From Balamuthia mandrillaris (Eukaryota): a stretch of DNA of 64,000 nucleotides. The stretch spans positions 1-64,000 of the forward strand of contig JAVKOQ020000095.1 in assembly GCA_031835245.2 (NCBI GenBank). Direction: 5' to 3'. A model generated the notes under the pieces. It saw nothing but the letters and a program-made list of their open reading frames with translations. It ran no database searches and was not told where the DNA came from. A program made the translations under genes and the position numbers. Shown one piece after another: positions 41,755-54,100 of the stretch. Position 1 is the stretch's first letter. Every line of letters begins with the position of its first letter.

Positions 41755-44700
41755 GGTAAACGTCCCACCCCACAACGCTAAAAGTCCCACCCCTTCGGAA
41801 AACGTCCCACCCCTCAGGTAATTTACCCACCCTAATATGTATTTATAACAACCTATTATTTTTGTGCTATTTTGCCACCAAAGCGTGCGCTGGCCATTAT
41901 TTTAGAGAGTGGAGAAAAGGGATCAGAAAAATCAAAAATTTATTTTTTAGGGGGCTTTTTTTTTTTCGTTTTGTTCTTTTGGCCAGTCTTTTCTTTGTCA
42001 CGCTGGGCACCTTTTCTTCGTTCTGTTCTTTTTTTTGAGGAGAGAGGAGCTTCACGACCTGTGTTTTCTGGTACCGTGGGTTGGGCTTCAGTTGTCGTTT
42101 TGGAGAGAGAGGCTTCCTTTTGTCCACTCGGGGATCCTGGTAGTTCACCACGGGTGCGACGCCATAGATCTCTTCCGTTTTACAGTTCTTTTGCCATTGA
42201 GAGGTACGCTTTGCTTTGCACTCTTCAAAAATGACAAAAATCAACTTCAGAAAAAGAATCTGCTTGATACAAAAAGTGACAAACATACCACTTTGCGTTT
42301 TTGTTTTTTGATTTTGTTGTTTTTTTGGTGCAGCCGCCGCCACCGCCGCTGCCTTTTTCTTTGTTGTTTCAGGTTTTGTTAAATTTGATTGAAAGGTACG
42401 TTCGGTTTCTGGTGTTTGTGTGAGGTGTTAGCTAAAAGTAGGAAAGGAGGGAGAGATTTTGTTTAAAAAAAAGAGATACTAACTTAATTCAAGCAATCAT
42501 TCTTCTGTGAGTCGCAGGTTGGTTGCTACTTTCGGCCTCTTTGTTGTATTGCGCGGCCTCCCAGGTGATGACTTCCCTGTAGCATATGCGATTGCTTGTT
42601 CTGCTTCTTCCTTGCTAGAGTACTCGATTTTTGGCTCCACTGGATGTTGATGCTTTGTTCCTTGATTTTTGTTTGCATTCAGTTTGTCTTTCTCCTTTTC
42701 CTTCTCCTCCTCCTCCTTCTCCTCCTTCTCCTCCTTCTCTTCTTTCTTATTGTTGTGTTCTTCTCCTTCAGAAGTTTCTTCCTCAAGATCTCCGCCGTCG
42801 TCCTCACCAAGTTCATCCATCGATGGCTCCACCAACAGTAGCAGCGCCTGCTGTTCCTCGTCCTGTTCATCTCCCTCCTCTCCTTCCACATCTTCATCAT
42901 CAAGGGTAACAGGCGCTACACGTTGCTCCAGGGAGTCAGTATCATCTGCTTCAACGATGTCATCTTCAACTATTCTTGCCACTTGTGAGGTGCTGCTGTT
43001 GGTGCGTCTTGTTTGTCTTTTCAGCCCAAGCTCTAAAAGGGTCTGATCTGAAAATGTTTTCTGTAGATGAGCAGCAAGTCCAAAAACGTGTTTGCACCTC
43101 CTACCATAATACCGAAAGTAAGGACAGGTGCATGAAGGCAATTCTATAGTCACGTCGTACTCATTCCATTTGAAAACGCCGTCAGCAAGCTCTACAAAAT
43201 GTGCGTTCAATCCTTCTTCTACCTCTTTTTCCTCTCTGTCGTTGTTGTTGTCATCGTTTTTGCTGCCATTCTCTATTTCTTCTTTTTCTTTCTGTTTCTC
43301 ACTCTGTTGGTGCTGTGCCAGCCGCAATCCCTCTTGATATCTCCTCCAAAGCCGGCAAACACCAAGGCTTGGGCGTTGCTGTAGTACATCGATGCGGTTG
43401 AGCTCCACATTGTAGCGGCGAAACACATTGTCTGCTAGCGTTAAGACCAAGTTGTGATCCCCTTTGGTGCCTTTGCAGTGGAAATCACGAAGAATGCTAC
43501 GAAAGATCGTCTCTGTTGCATTGTTGGTATTCCACAAGCCCTCTCGGTACCCAGGACGATCAATGCTTTTCCACGTTGATGCCCATGGAGGAGAAAGCCA
43601 GTTCTTGTCAAAGTACTGCCAAAAACGGGTAATCCTCTTTTTTTGGCAATAGTTCTTCAACACTTTTGTTGCTTCTTCCTCTGCATCTTCTGTCATGGCA
43701 TGTTGCAGTCTTTTTAACAAACCCAAAACACTTCCATCATCCTTCCCTTGTTGTTTGGTATTATTGTTAGTTTCTACTTGTATGAGCAACAACGAGAGGG
43801 AGAGAGCAGATGCATGAAAGAGAGAGAACAAACCATACTGCGCAACTTTTTTTCTCCACAGTTGTTGTGCATGAAAGTCACACAACACCACCTGAAAGCC
43901 AGCACTTGTCGCCCCGTTACGCGCCACCTTGTCTTTGTCGATCATTACGAAGGGTTGCCACGTAGGTTTTGGGGAGTAGATCGTTGTCGTCTGTGTCTCA
44001 AAAAAGTGACGAACAGACGAAAGGAAAAAGCGCACAACTGCTGCTCGTTCCTTGCTAGCAACAGCGAAGGCAACAGGCCAGCTCCGTCCCAAGTCATCTT
44101 GCACCACCAGTGCCCAAACGGGGGGATGTGACTTGGATAGCTTGTAGATGCTGTCCAGGCCGACTACATCCTTACCCCATCGCTGAAGCACAGTGACTGC
44201 ATAAGGCGCGATCAGAAAAATCATCCATGGCCGACGGGCCGCCGTGCGATCAAGGATGTACGTTTCACGGCTCTCCAAAGGTGGGAAAAGGATAGTAGAA
44301 GCCAGTTCTGGCCGATTCAAGGCCTCTTGGAGGGCTTCTGCTCTGGGTTGCCCTTTCTTGCCGATTCGCAGTTTTTTCCTTCCGTTGTGGATTACAGTGG
44401 CAATCTCCTGCACAGTGGGTACATCCCGAGCATCCTTGACCAGCTCACAAGCGCCCCCCAGCAACATTCGTTGCAGCTCGTGCGCCGTCATTGCTCCTCC
44501 TCTCCCATTCATTCCGTCTTCTTTTGTTCCTTGCCCATCCATCTGGCGGAGCCACTGCCGAAGCGCAGGTGTCATAGGCAAAGCGGAAGGCGCGCAAAAC
44601 CCAGGTCCGTGGCTTTGGGCTTCCTTCTGGATGTAGATGTAGGCAGTGTTTAGCTCATCTCTAAACCCCACCCAACGGCTTTGTACTTCACAGTCCTTTA

Positions 44701-45449
44701 GTTTTTTGTTCTTCTTTCCTCTTGCAGGAGGAGCACAGGCAAAGCCGCCAGAGCAGTGAAGATTCTCGCTGAGTGCAACCTCAAGGACCCCATTCTTCAC
44801 CTTCTTGACTTTAGGCGCCACCAACACTTTCACTCCTTCAAGGGTGGTCCGCGGATTACTAAGCACCTTCACTCCTGTTCGCTTTGTAAGCCCACGAGTT
44901 GATCTCCATTGGACTCGATAAAAGGTCGGAGCATCCTCTCCACCATTGTACAACCGTGAAAGCTGCTGCAATGGAACCTTTCGTTCAAAAATCCACCCGT
45001 AAATCTCGGCAAATCTTTTTTTCTTCGCTTCCATAATGAGAAAAAAAAAGGAAAAAACAAAAAGCCAAACAAACAAAAAAGGTGTGTGATGGTTGTGTGT
45101 AGCTGTTTCTAGTTGAAAGAAAAAAGTTAAAGAAGAAGACCTTGTTACAACCCAAGAAAAAGTAACGGTAACGTTATTGAAAAAAAAAGGCGGGAACAAA
45201 AAGAAAAGTATGGCGGGCAAGAATGGTGAGAGGAATAACCGTTGACCAAGGATACAGCATGCTTTCAATTCCTGACAGTTTCTTTTACAACGGTTATTCC
45301 TCTCGCCAAGCAAAGAGAAACACAGTAGCAATGTAACGATAGAGTTACTCATAATTCATGTCACCCTAATAGGTTGGGACTTTTACCTGAGGGGTGGAAT
45401 TTTTATCGGTGGGGTGGGAAGTTTATGGTCGTGGGGTGGGATATCTACC
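41755..45449 (-). mobile_element. Mutator-like (MULE) DNA transposon
   Basis: Imperfect TIRs of about 75-80 bp, GGTAAACGTCCCACCCCAC.. versus GGTAGATATCCCACCCCAC.. (reverse complement), each built from three TCC(C)ACCCC units. Encodes a transposase. No TSD found. Confidence 0.88.
42497..45034 (-). CDS. MULE DDE transposase with SWIM zinc finger
   Basis: GLDSIYKL (D1), MIDKD (D2), CDFH (CxxH), FWQYFDKNW, NTNNATE (E), SWIM CTCPYFRYYGRRCKH. The ORF is open; a short in-frame intron probably lies near 43750-43830. Confidence 0.88.
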   Translation of the reverse strand: MEAKKKRFAEIYGWIFERKVPLQQLSRLYNGGEDAPTFYRVQWRSTRGLTKRTGVKVLSNPRTTLEGVKVLVAPKVKKVKNGVLEVALSENLHCSGGFACAPPARGKKNKKLKDCEVQSRWVGFRDELNTAYIYIQKEAQSHGPGFCAPSALPMTPALRQWLRQMDGQGTKEDGMNGRGGAMTAHELQRMLLGGACELVKDARDVPTVQEIATVIHNGRKKLRIGKKGQPRAEALQEALNRPELASTILFPPLESRETYILDRTAARRPWMIFLIAPYAVTVLQRWGKDVVGLDSIYKLSKSHPPVWALVVQDDLGRSWPVAFAVASKERAAVVRFFLSSVRHFFETQTTTIYSPKPTWQPFVMIDKDKVARNGATSAGFQVVLCDFHAQQLWRKKVAQYGLFSLFHASALSLSLLLIQVETNNNTKQQGKDDGSVLGLLKRLQHAMTEDAEEEATKVLKNYCQKKRITRFWQYFDKNWLSPPWASTWKSIDRPGYREGLWNTNNATETIFRSILRDFHCKGTKGDHNLVLTLADNVFRRYNVELNRIDVLQQRPSLGVCRLWRRYQEGLRLAQHQQSEKQKEKEEIENGSKNDDNNNDREEKEVEEGLNAHFVELADGVFKWNEYDVTIELPSCTCPYFRYYGRRCKHVFGLAAHLQKTFSDQTLLELGLKRQTRRTNSSTSQVARIVEDDIVEADDTDSLEQRVAPVTLDDEDVEGEEGDEQDEEQQALLLLVEPSMDELGEDDGGDLEEETSEGEEHNNKKEEKEEKEEKEEEEKEKEKDKLNANKNQGTKHQHPVEPKIEYSSKEEAEQAIAYATGKSSPGRPRNTTKRPKVATNLRLTEE

Positions 45450-45454
45450 ATTTT

Positions 45455-46799
45455 TTAAAAAGCTTCAATTCCATAGCCTGCATCCACAGTACGAAGGTAA
45501 CTACTCTCTGGATACCTTCTTCGTCTCCATGTTAAGTGCTGGCATGAGTTTCAGCGTCGGTGATGGAACTCCCGTCAGGTACGTTGCTCTTCTCTTGTCA
45601 TAAATGTATTTCTTTAAATCTGTTCTTACGAAAAAACTATTGGATTTCACAGTAAGGAAGTGGCGGCACAAGCATTGGACTTGCTCTCAGACATAACAAC
45701 CTTAGGGGATCTTATATTTAAGGGAGGAGAGTCTCCATCTTCGTTTATCAGCTGCATTGTTCCTTTGTTGCAGGAGGCTTATTCCCTTTTCCTTATCAGC
45801 ACTTATATTTTTTCCAAACTTATTTGTATGTTTCCTTTCCGTTTGTATTTTATTTGTTTGCTTGGTTGTTTCTCATTTCTCTCTCTCTCTCTCTCTCTCT
45901 ATTATAGATGCGGAACAAATGTATGCATTGAAGCCACTTATTACTTACTACCAACAACTGTTCAAGAACCTCCGAAAGTTCTATAAACGAGCGGCTACTC
46001 TCTCATTACCCTTTACCATGCCTTCTCTTCCTGAGGTAGCTCTTCTTTTTTCTTCTTGCTCCTTTCTTTTTCCTCATTTTCTTGCTTGTTACAAAAAACA
46101 AAGACGGTACCTGCGTTTTCACCGCATCAACCAATACGGATTCGGCCGCCTGTGACCAACATACCCGAAACCAAACTCAAAGCGGATCAACTCAAAGAGC
46201 AAGCTCTGCTCGCTCAGCAGCACCAACAGCTGCTCCAACAACAGCAGTATCTCACTTTGCAGCAACAACAAATGGAAGCGGCATTTGCTGCTTTATCAAA
46301 TGATGCCTCTTCTTCTCCTTCTTCACCTTCTTTTGATTCTGCTTCCATGCCACGGCCTTCTTCTCCTTCCCCTTCTATTTCTTCTGCTTCTTCATCGTCA
46401 GAGAACAACAAAATCGAAGCGCAAAAGGACGGAAAAAAACCTGCAAAGTCTTCAACGCTACTGGCAACAACCTTTCATCGTAATCAGCTCCCTCCTTCCG
46501 TCTCTTCCTCTTCTTCCTTGCAAGAAGCAGAGGAGGGAGAGATCGACCCAAACGAGTTCTTCCCAGAAGACGTTCCTTTTGGTGCAACGCCTCGTTTTCC
46601 TGATGATGAAAAAGAAGTGGAAGACAAGGAAGACGATAAAAACAAAGAAGTCGTCAACAACAACAAAGAGGAAGACCTCAATAACATCAACGACAAGCAC
46701 AGCAAGAAGAAGAGTACGAAGAAGAAGAAGAAGAGTACCACGAAGAGCAAGCAACCACAGGAAGCCACAACAGGCGATGAGAGCAAGAGCGACAAATAA
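45455..46799 (+). pseudogene. 3' part of an ANTH-like (Sla2/HIP1-type) domain gene, 5'-truncated at the MULE end
   Basis: KLQFHSLHPQYEGNYSL, CIVPLLQEAYSLFLISTYIFSKL, YYQQLFKNLRKFY..MPSLPE, then a low-complexity tail. GT-AG introns are present. Confidence 0.65.
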
Positions 46800-46812
46800 A
46801 ATGTACCTATTT

Positions 46813-48279
46813 TCAATGCTTTACTTCTTCTTTCATTCTTAAAACTCCCTTTAAACGAAACGTTGCCAACAAACCAAAGTGATCCGACGGGAACACATCT
46901 TCTTCCACTTCTTCTTCTTCTTCTTTCTCTCCTTCTTTTTCGTTCATCCACCGTTGTTTCGTTTGCTTCAGGCTCTCGGTGGCGACCAGCTCGATGTCCG
47001 AACAACACCAAACGAAAGAGGAGTTTGAGCATTGTTTAGCCATGAGCATGCGGTCGTGCCTTTGTTGATTGATGTAAGGAAGACCCTCTTTGCTTCTGTG
47101 GTCTCGGGTTTGTTTGTCTGTCCAGCTGTTTCGTTCCTTTTTGTTTTTCACAATGTGAACCAAGCGAAGAGAAGAAGAGGAAGAAGAAGAAAGGAAGGAA
47201 CAAGGAAGAAGAAGAAACAGAAGAAGAACAGAAGATAAAGAAGTTCGTAGGAAAGAGGCACGTACAGTGTCATAGGTATATCCTTTCGAGCTTTTGCCAT
47301 GAATGGCGCGCCACAAGTCTTCATAGGTTTGTTTGTCTTCTTCGGTCTTCTCTTCAGCTGAAGAAGGTACTTTGAGCAAAACTTTTTCGCCTCTGAGGAC
47401 GTTCAAGTCTCCCATTATCAAACCGAGAACAGGAGGAGGATCGCCGCGTGGCAGCGTTGCAGTTGTCCTCTTGTCTTCTTCCTCGTCATCGAGCTTCTCT
47501 CGCATCACTTTCATTACGGTGTGCATCTGGTCCTGGCGAAGAGCAACGTCCTCATAGCCGCCTGGATCCAAATGCAGGTTTGCCAAAAGAACACGGGAAG
47601 TTGGCCAAGAAGAAGAAGAAGAAGAAGAAGAAGAAGAAGAAGAACAAGAAGAAGAACAAGAAGATAAAAACAAAACTTGGGTCAGGAGGAAGGTTCGGTC
47701 TCGGTGTGAATGAAGGGCATGTTCCAACACGAGCTGAAAGGGAAAACGAGAGAAGGTGACCCGCTTGTGGAAACCGGCGTTCTCCACCTGTATCTCGCTA
47801 GCGTAATAGTGTTGCCGTATCCATCCATCCTCCAGGAACCACTCTAACGCATCCTGTCGAACCTCCTGAAAGGCCATGATGTCCGCCTCCCAACGAGGAA
47901 GCAAACAGCGGAGCATCGTCATCGTTCTTGTTTGGCGAAAGGGCGTTTGCCCGTCTATATTGAAAGTCAAGACACGAAGCGACAGTTGTGGCTGTGGTCG
48001 TTGTCGGAATGGAGGAAGAGGTTTTGGGTCGGCAAAGGAAGAAGAAGAAGCACAAACGGGAACCCAACAGTTTTGTTCCGAGTGGAAAACGAAGCCATGA
48101 TAGAGCGAGGTGAACGATAAGGGAGCGGAAAAGTCGATAGCTTCGGGAGGAGGTCCGATGAAAGAGGGACTCTGTTTGGTGGCAAGTTTTATCTTTGAGG
48201 CCGCGTTGGTACCATTAGGCCAAATGCGTGGTTGCGACGGGGGTGGCGGCGGAGGCGTTGGAGAGGTGTTATAGTCCAT
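46813..48279 (-). CDS. EEP-family phosphodiesterase, TDP2-like
   Basis: LTFNIDG, FQEV, NLHL, MGDLN, DLW...GYTYD, RHDR and PSDHFG. One probable in-frame intron near 47150-47265. Confidence 0.8.
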   Translation of the reverse strand: MDYNTSPTPPPPPPSQPRIWPNGTNAASKIKLATKQSPSFIGPPPEAIDFSAPLSFTSLYHGFVFHSEQNCWVPVCASSSSFADPKPLPPFRQRPQPQLSLRVLTFNIDGQTPFRQTRTMTMLRCLLPRWEADIMAFQEVRQDALEWFLEDGWIRQHYYASEIQVENAGFHKRVTFSRFPFQLVLEHALHSHRDRTFLLTQVLFLSSCSSSCSSSSSSSSSSSSWPTSRVLLANLHLDPGGYEDVALRQDQMHTVMKVMREKLDDEEEDKRTTATLPRGDPPPVLGLIMGDLNVLRGEKVLLKVPSSAEEKTEEDKQTYEDLWRAIHGKSSKGYTYDTVRASFLRTSLSSVLLLFLLLPCSFLSSSSSSSLRLVHIVKNKKERNSWTDKQTRDHRSKEGLPYINQQRHDRMLMAKQCSNSSFVWCCSDIELVATESLKQTKQRWMNEKEGEKEEEEEVEEDVFPSDHFGLLATFRLKGVLRMKEEVKH

Positions 48280-48433
48280 CTCTTTCTTTCTGTAAAAAAT
48301 TTCAACGTTCGTTAACAAAAGAGATCATTTAGTGATCTACAAACCTTTAAAAGTAATTTCATGACGTCAAATAACCTTTAAAAGGAAAATTAATTATATT
48401 GTTTGAATTCCTATTGGATGTTAAAATTTTGAT

Positions 48434-50717
48434 CTACTGCGTCGTTTCTTGCGGCAGGAGCGCAAAGAGCTCCAGCTCGTTGGCCGCAAAAAAAACAACC
48501 CCCCCCACCAACCCCCCACAAACCAACCCCACACACCCCACAAAAACACCACCCACCACCCAAATGGACAGCTTAAAGTCACGCGAGCCGGCCAACAGGT
48601 ACTCCCCGACGGAGAGCAGGCACTGTACCCCGCTGGCTCTGTTCTCCGTTATTTGGGTGGTGCGCAGCAGCTGGAAGGAGGGAATGCTCCACGTGAGCAC
48701 CTCTCCGCTTCCCTCGCAGCAATAGAGCAGGGTGTTGTCTTTACTGACGGTGAGGGAGCGCATGTACGTAGCGGATTGGTGGAGCAAATGCCTCTGTTCT
48801 AGTATTCCTAAAGTGTTGCCTGTTGGCGGTTTGTGTTAATGAATGCTCAGAATACAAACCACAGAAGGCAGGAAGAAAGAAGAACGAAGTGTGCAGATGG
48901 AAGAAGAAGAAGAAGAAGAAGAAGAACAAGAACAAGAACAAGAAGAACAAGAACAAGAACAAGAACAAGATGAAGTCACCTTGTTCGTTGATGGTCCACA
49001 CTTTAACTTCGCCATCATAGCAACAAGTGAATAGAAAAGAACCGGTCCTATCTATGGCCATCCTCATGATTTGTCCCGGATGAGCCTTTTCTATCGTTTG
49101 CACAAGTTTTGCTATTCTTTTCTTCGTCGTCGTCTTCTCTTTCTCTTCTTCCTCCTCTTTCTTTTGTGCCTCATAAGAAGACAAAGAGGAGGACAATTCC
49201 CAAACCTTGATAGTTGCGTCCTTTTCATCCTCCTCGCCCCCACTCGTGAACAAGAATCTGCCGGTGGCTGAAACCTGAAGTCCCAAAACCGCTTTGCCAT
49301 GAGCCTTCATCTCCATCAAACTCGTGGTCTTGTCCTCTTCTTGTACCGGAATCCCAGTCTTCTTCCTTTCCTTCCCTTCCTTCCCCTTCAACACCCGTTG
49401 CTCGCTGTTATGTTGATGGACGATGTTGGACACGTCCCAACACAACACTCTTCCATCCTGGCCTCCAGAAAACAACAACCCTTTGCATGTGTGAAAACTG
49501 TAAGCAAGGAAGCAAGCAAGAAAGAAAGAAAGAAACGACAAGAAACGACAAGAAACGACAAGCAAGAAAGGAAGGAAGGAAGGAAGAAAGAAAAGAAAAG
49601 AAAAGAAAAGAAAAGAAAAGAAAAGAAAAGAAAAGAAAAGAAAAAAAAGAAAAGAAAAGAAAAGAAAAGAAAAGAAAAGAAAAGAAAGGCTTTAACGAAA
49701 ACAAACCTTGGTACAAAAGCAATGCACGAACTTCAGCCACCTTCTCCTTGGAAGAGGAATGCCTATAACGGCGCAGCAGCTCAAAGTCAGCAGCGCGCCA
49801 GGCCATGATGCAGCCATCCCAACCGCCGCTGAAGAGAACGTCGCGAGAGGTCTGAAGTAGAACGGCGTGGGCTTTGTGCGTGGGAGGTGAAGTGTTTTGC
49901 ATGGCAGAGACTTGTTGGTAGAAAGTTCGAATAGGTTTTTGTGATTGTCGTTCTTCTTTGTGCTTTTGTTTTGGATGCATAAGCTTCTTCAGCTTCTTTT
50001 TCTTCCTTTCTTCTTTTTCAGAATGAGAAGGAGAAGGAGAACGTGGAGAAGAAGACGACGAAGACGAAGCAAAGTGGGGAGGAGGTGGTGGAGGAGCATA
50101 AGAAGGAAAAGCAGACGGAGAAGAGGTAGAGGAGAAAGAGGAAGAAGGAAGAAGCGAAGAGAAAGAAGCAGAAGAAGAAGGAGAGGAAGAAAGAAGAGAG
50201 CAGAGAGGAAGAGAGACAGTAGAATAAAAGTCAGCTATTTCGCAGCTGCTCAGCCCGAAGACGGCAGATTCTTTGGTGGTGGATTCGGTCTTGTGTTGGT
50301 TGGCCGTCAACAACCGTTTGAACGTGTGAAAGCGTTTGTAGCTGGTGTAAAAATCAGAGCTGCTGTTGCCATCCTCTTCTTCTTCCTCTCTGGTTTCTTC
50401 TTCTCCCTATATTGTAATATAGAATATTTTTCTTATAACACCATTCAAAAACAGAAAAAAAAAAAGAAAACAAACTCTGAAGAAAAAAAACCAACCCGGT
50501 TTGTGGGAGGAGCATAACGAGAAAGAAGTTGGGTGGAGAGACACAGCTCGTCGTCGCACAACCGGCGCCAAAGCCACGGCGTCACGGCCACCTCCTGGAT
50601 GGTCCGCGAGACCATCAGACACCTCCCCAAAGAGGCCCCATCCAGAAAGGAGAAGAGGTAGAGCTGCACATCCACCGGCAGGCCTTCCAGAGATAGGAGA
50701 AGCTTCGTTTCGTTCAT
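48434..50717 (-). CDS. F-box/WD40-repeat protein, multi-exon
   Basis: F-box LEGLPVDVQLYLFSFLDGASLGRCLMVSR..W; WD repeats LFSGGWDGCIMAW, LFSGGQDGRVLCWD, TIKVWE, CCYDGEVKVW and GSRDFKLSIW. Confidence 0.85.
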
Positions 50718-51136
50718 TTTTTGTTTCTTGTAACGAATTTTTTATAATTTGAATTGTGGTTGGCGGTTTGATTTTGCTGATCTCTGATCATGTTGTTTTC
50801 CATGACGACATGATTATTGAATGCCCGTTCGAAAAAGAAAGATCACCCGATCGTGGCACGTGTGTTCTCTTTGTTCCATTCCTCTGCAGGAGCGATAGAA
50901 AGGAAATGTATACTCGCGGAGGTGAGAAAGAAGAGAAAAAGAGAAATAATCTCCTTTAGGGTGAACCTTCCTGAAAAGCTTTAAGGGCGTATTCGGGTTT
51001 GTCCCATAAGGCTGTGAGGAGGGACTCTTCCCTTTGAAACGTTTGCTCTGTCCCAGCTCCCAGCAAAAAAGATTTCAAACGGAACCGAAAACCCGCACAA
51101 CCAAACGTTGTGCGGCTTCCTATCACCCTGAATAAG

Positions 51137-54100
51137 ATGACCACCTGGCCCCTCGTTATGGTTCTCTCTTTGATGGTGTTGGACCTGTCCCCATCGAATG
51201 TGGTGTGGGCCAGCTGCGGTCCATGTAAGAACAACCTGCAGAACCCTCCATCCTTTTCTGTTCCGATCAGCGCCGAATACAGCGGCTGGATAGCCGACAC
51301 CTTTGGTGAGGACAGCAGGGTGGTCAAGGCGAGCTACGTAGACAGGACCACGACCGACCCAAACATCTACTTTATGGCAGACGAAGATGAGAATTGTTAC
51401 CTTGACATCACCTTTGTCTACGTCAACACCAACTCGAGGAACCAGATCGGGTACTTCACCTTCGACAAGGCCAACGTGCCTAAAAATTTGCAGAACAATC
51501 AAATACCGGCCTCGTTCCTGCAGGCGCGGAGGATGCTGTTCGAAGATATCAGCGATTTCACACCAAATTGTTTGCCAAAGGGCACCACCATTAGAGCAGG
51601 TTCACTTTTTCTTTTTTTACTCTCTTCTCGTGTCCTTTCGTTTTCTGATATTATGCTGGCTCGGGCGACATAGGCCCTTTCAAAGGTACTCACGCCTTGG
51701 GGTTCTACCTGATCTCGAATGGAGCTTGCGCGCCCTCGGAAGAGTATGAGCAAAGGACCTTCTGGACCATCGATCTGTTCAATATGCAAAAGATTCTCCC
51801 CTCATGGAAGAGCTATCCCGCCACCGGCCGTCTGATGGCAGTAATCAAGGTGAACAAACACCTACTCTTACTCTTCTATTAATGCTTCCAACTCTCATCC
51901 CTTCCTTCTCCCTCCTTTTTCAACCCCTTCCTGTTGCGTTCTTGCTTTCCACCTTTTACTCGGACTGACGAACCGGGCGACAAACGCAGGACCCCATAAA
52001 GAATCGCTTCCACCTCGGCTTCGAGGACTCTCCGCACTACGACCAAGACTACAACGACGTGGTGCTGCTTTTCACCTCCACCTGCCCCCTCGACCAGACG
52101 AAGATCCCTTGCATCCTGAAGAGCCCCTGTCCCGCTGGACAGACTCTTCACGCCAGTACCTGCACGTGTGGCTGCAAGGACCCTGGCAACTGCGAAGGTT
52201 TTCTCGTCTGGGACCCTCTCGCTTGTAAATGTACCTGTCCCACCGGCCAGAACAACCCCTGCAAGGGGACCATCTGCCAGACCTCCACTTGCAACGCCCA
52301 GACCGGTCGCTGCGATGTAACTCCCACCGGCTGCCCTGGGAAGGTCGACTCCCAGTGCCTGCGTTGGGTGTGCGACGAGCAGAAAGGAGGATGTTTCCAG
52401 CAAGAAGTGGCCTGCGCTCAGCCAACAAACAAGTGCAAGAGAAACGTCTGTCGCAGCGGTTCCTGCGTCTTGGAGGACATCCCTAGGCCCGCTTGGGCCG
52501 TGAACGATGCCTGCAACAAGTACACCTGCAACACCAACACAGGCGTCTGGGAAAATGCTCCCACGGTTTGCTCTCCCAACTCCCAGTGTCGCAGCTTCTC
52601 TTGTGATCCGCTTATAGGATGTAAAGCCACCATCCTGCCCTGCACTGCCCCTCAGGACAAGTGCAAGGAGAGTTACTGCAACCCGACCACCTTCCAGTGC
52701 GAAACCAAGAACAAAGCACGGCCAGCCGACAAGCAGAACGATGCCTGCAACACCTACACTTGCAACTCTCTCACCGGGGAATGGCTATCCTCCACGACCT
52801 CCTGTGGGCAAGACACAGCTTGTAGGAAGTGGACCTGCGATCCGGTAGGCGGGTGCAAGGCCACCATCTCCCCCTGCCCTTCTCCAGCGGACAAGTGCAA
52901 AGAGAGCGTGTGCAACCCGACCACCTTCCAGTGCGATGTTAGAGATAAAGCTCAACCTGCTGACAAACAAAACGACCCCTGCAACACCTACACTTGCAAC
53001 CCGACCACTGGAGCATGGGACCACCAACCAACGATCTGTGGTACCGACACAGAGTGCAGACAATGGACCTGTGACCCTCAAACCGGATGCAAGTCCACCA
53101 TTCTTCCTTGCGCTGAACCGCAAGACAAATGCAAGGAGAGCTTCTGCGACACCACTGGTACCTTCCAATGCAAACAGAGAGACAAACCTCGCCCTCAACA
53201 CAAACAGGACGATGCCTGCAAGACCTTTACCTGCAACCCCTCCAGTGGGGCATGGGAACAGGCCACCACACAATGCCCTGCTTCCGACCTTTGCAACAGC
53301 TGGTCGTGCCATCCAGAACACGGTTGTCAGAACATTCCCACCCAATGTCCCTCTGATACCGAATGCTCCCGGTGGAGCTGCGACCCCAATTCCACAACGG
53401 ACTTAGGAGAGGTTATACCTTTGGGATGTGTGCGTAAGTACACAGAATGTCCCGCACCCACCAACCGTTGCACCAAGAATACGTGCACCTTGGAGGGAGT
53501 CTGCTTTGCTGAGGATCTTCCGCGACCGGATGACCTCCCTCTGGACGATTTCTGCCAAGAGTTCCAGTGCCATCCAACCACCGGAGAGTGGCAGAACCGC
53601 ACCACCGTAGCGGCACAAGAATGCCTCAGCAAAGAAGGGTCAGGTTGTGCGGAATGGATGTGCGATAGCGAGCATGGGTGCTTGCTCTCAGTTCGCTTGG
53701 GATGCTGTGAGGAGGGAGAAATGAGCAACTGCACCAGCTGCGAGGAGGTCACTGGCTGTCTTTGGGATGCCACCAGCGAGTCCTGCGAAGCCATCGCGGA
53801 GCTTCCCTTGGAGCTGGCAACCGCCCTGCCAGACCATCAGGGCAACCCCACAGGCCACAACAACTGGGAAGAGTTGATCTCAGGTTGTCCTACGGAGACC
53901 GATGGTGGTAGCCCCAGCGACAGCAACACCCCCGCCGTCGTGGCAGGAGCGGTCAGTGCTGGTGTTGGAGCACTGGCAGCATTGGGTGCAGCTGGGGCCT
54001 TCGCTTGGAGAATGAAGAGACGGTCGCAGTTGAAGAGCCGGTTGAGCGTCCAACCACCAACCATGACGCCGATGTCCAACTTTAGCAACCCGCTGTTCAC

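Noticed and set aside
45035..45352. N-terminal 106 aa of the 951-aa transposase ORF
   Set aside because: F/L-rich translation of T-rich leader or intron-like DNA; the likelier start is MEAKKKRF at 45034.
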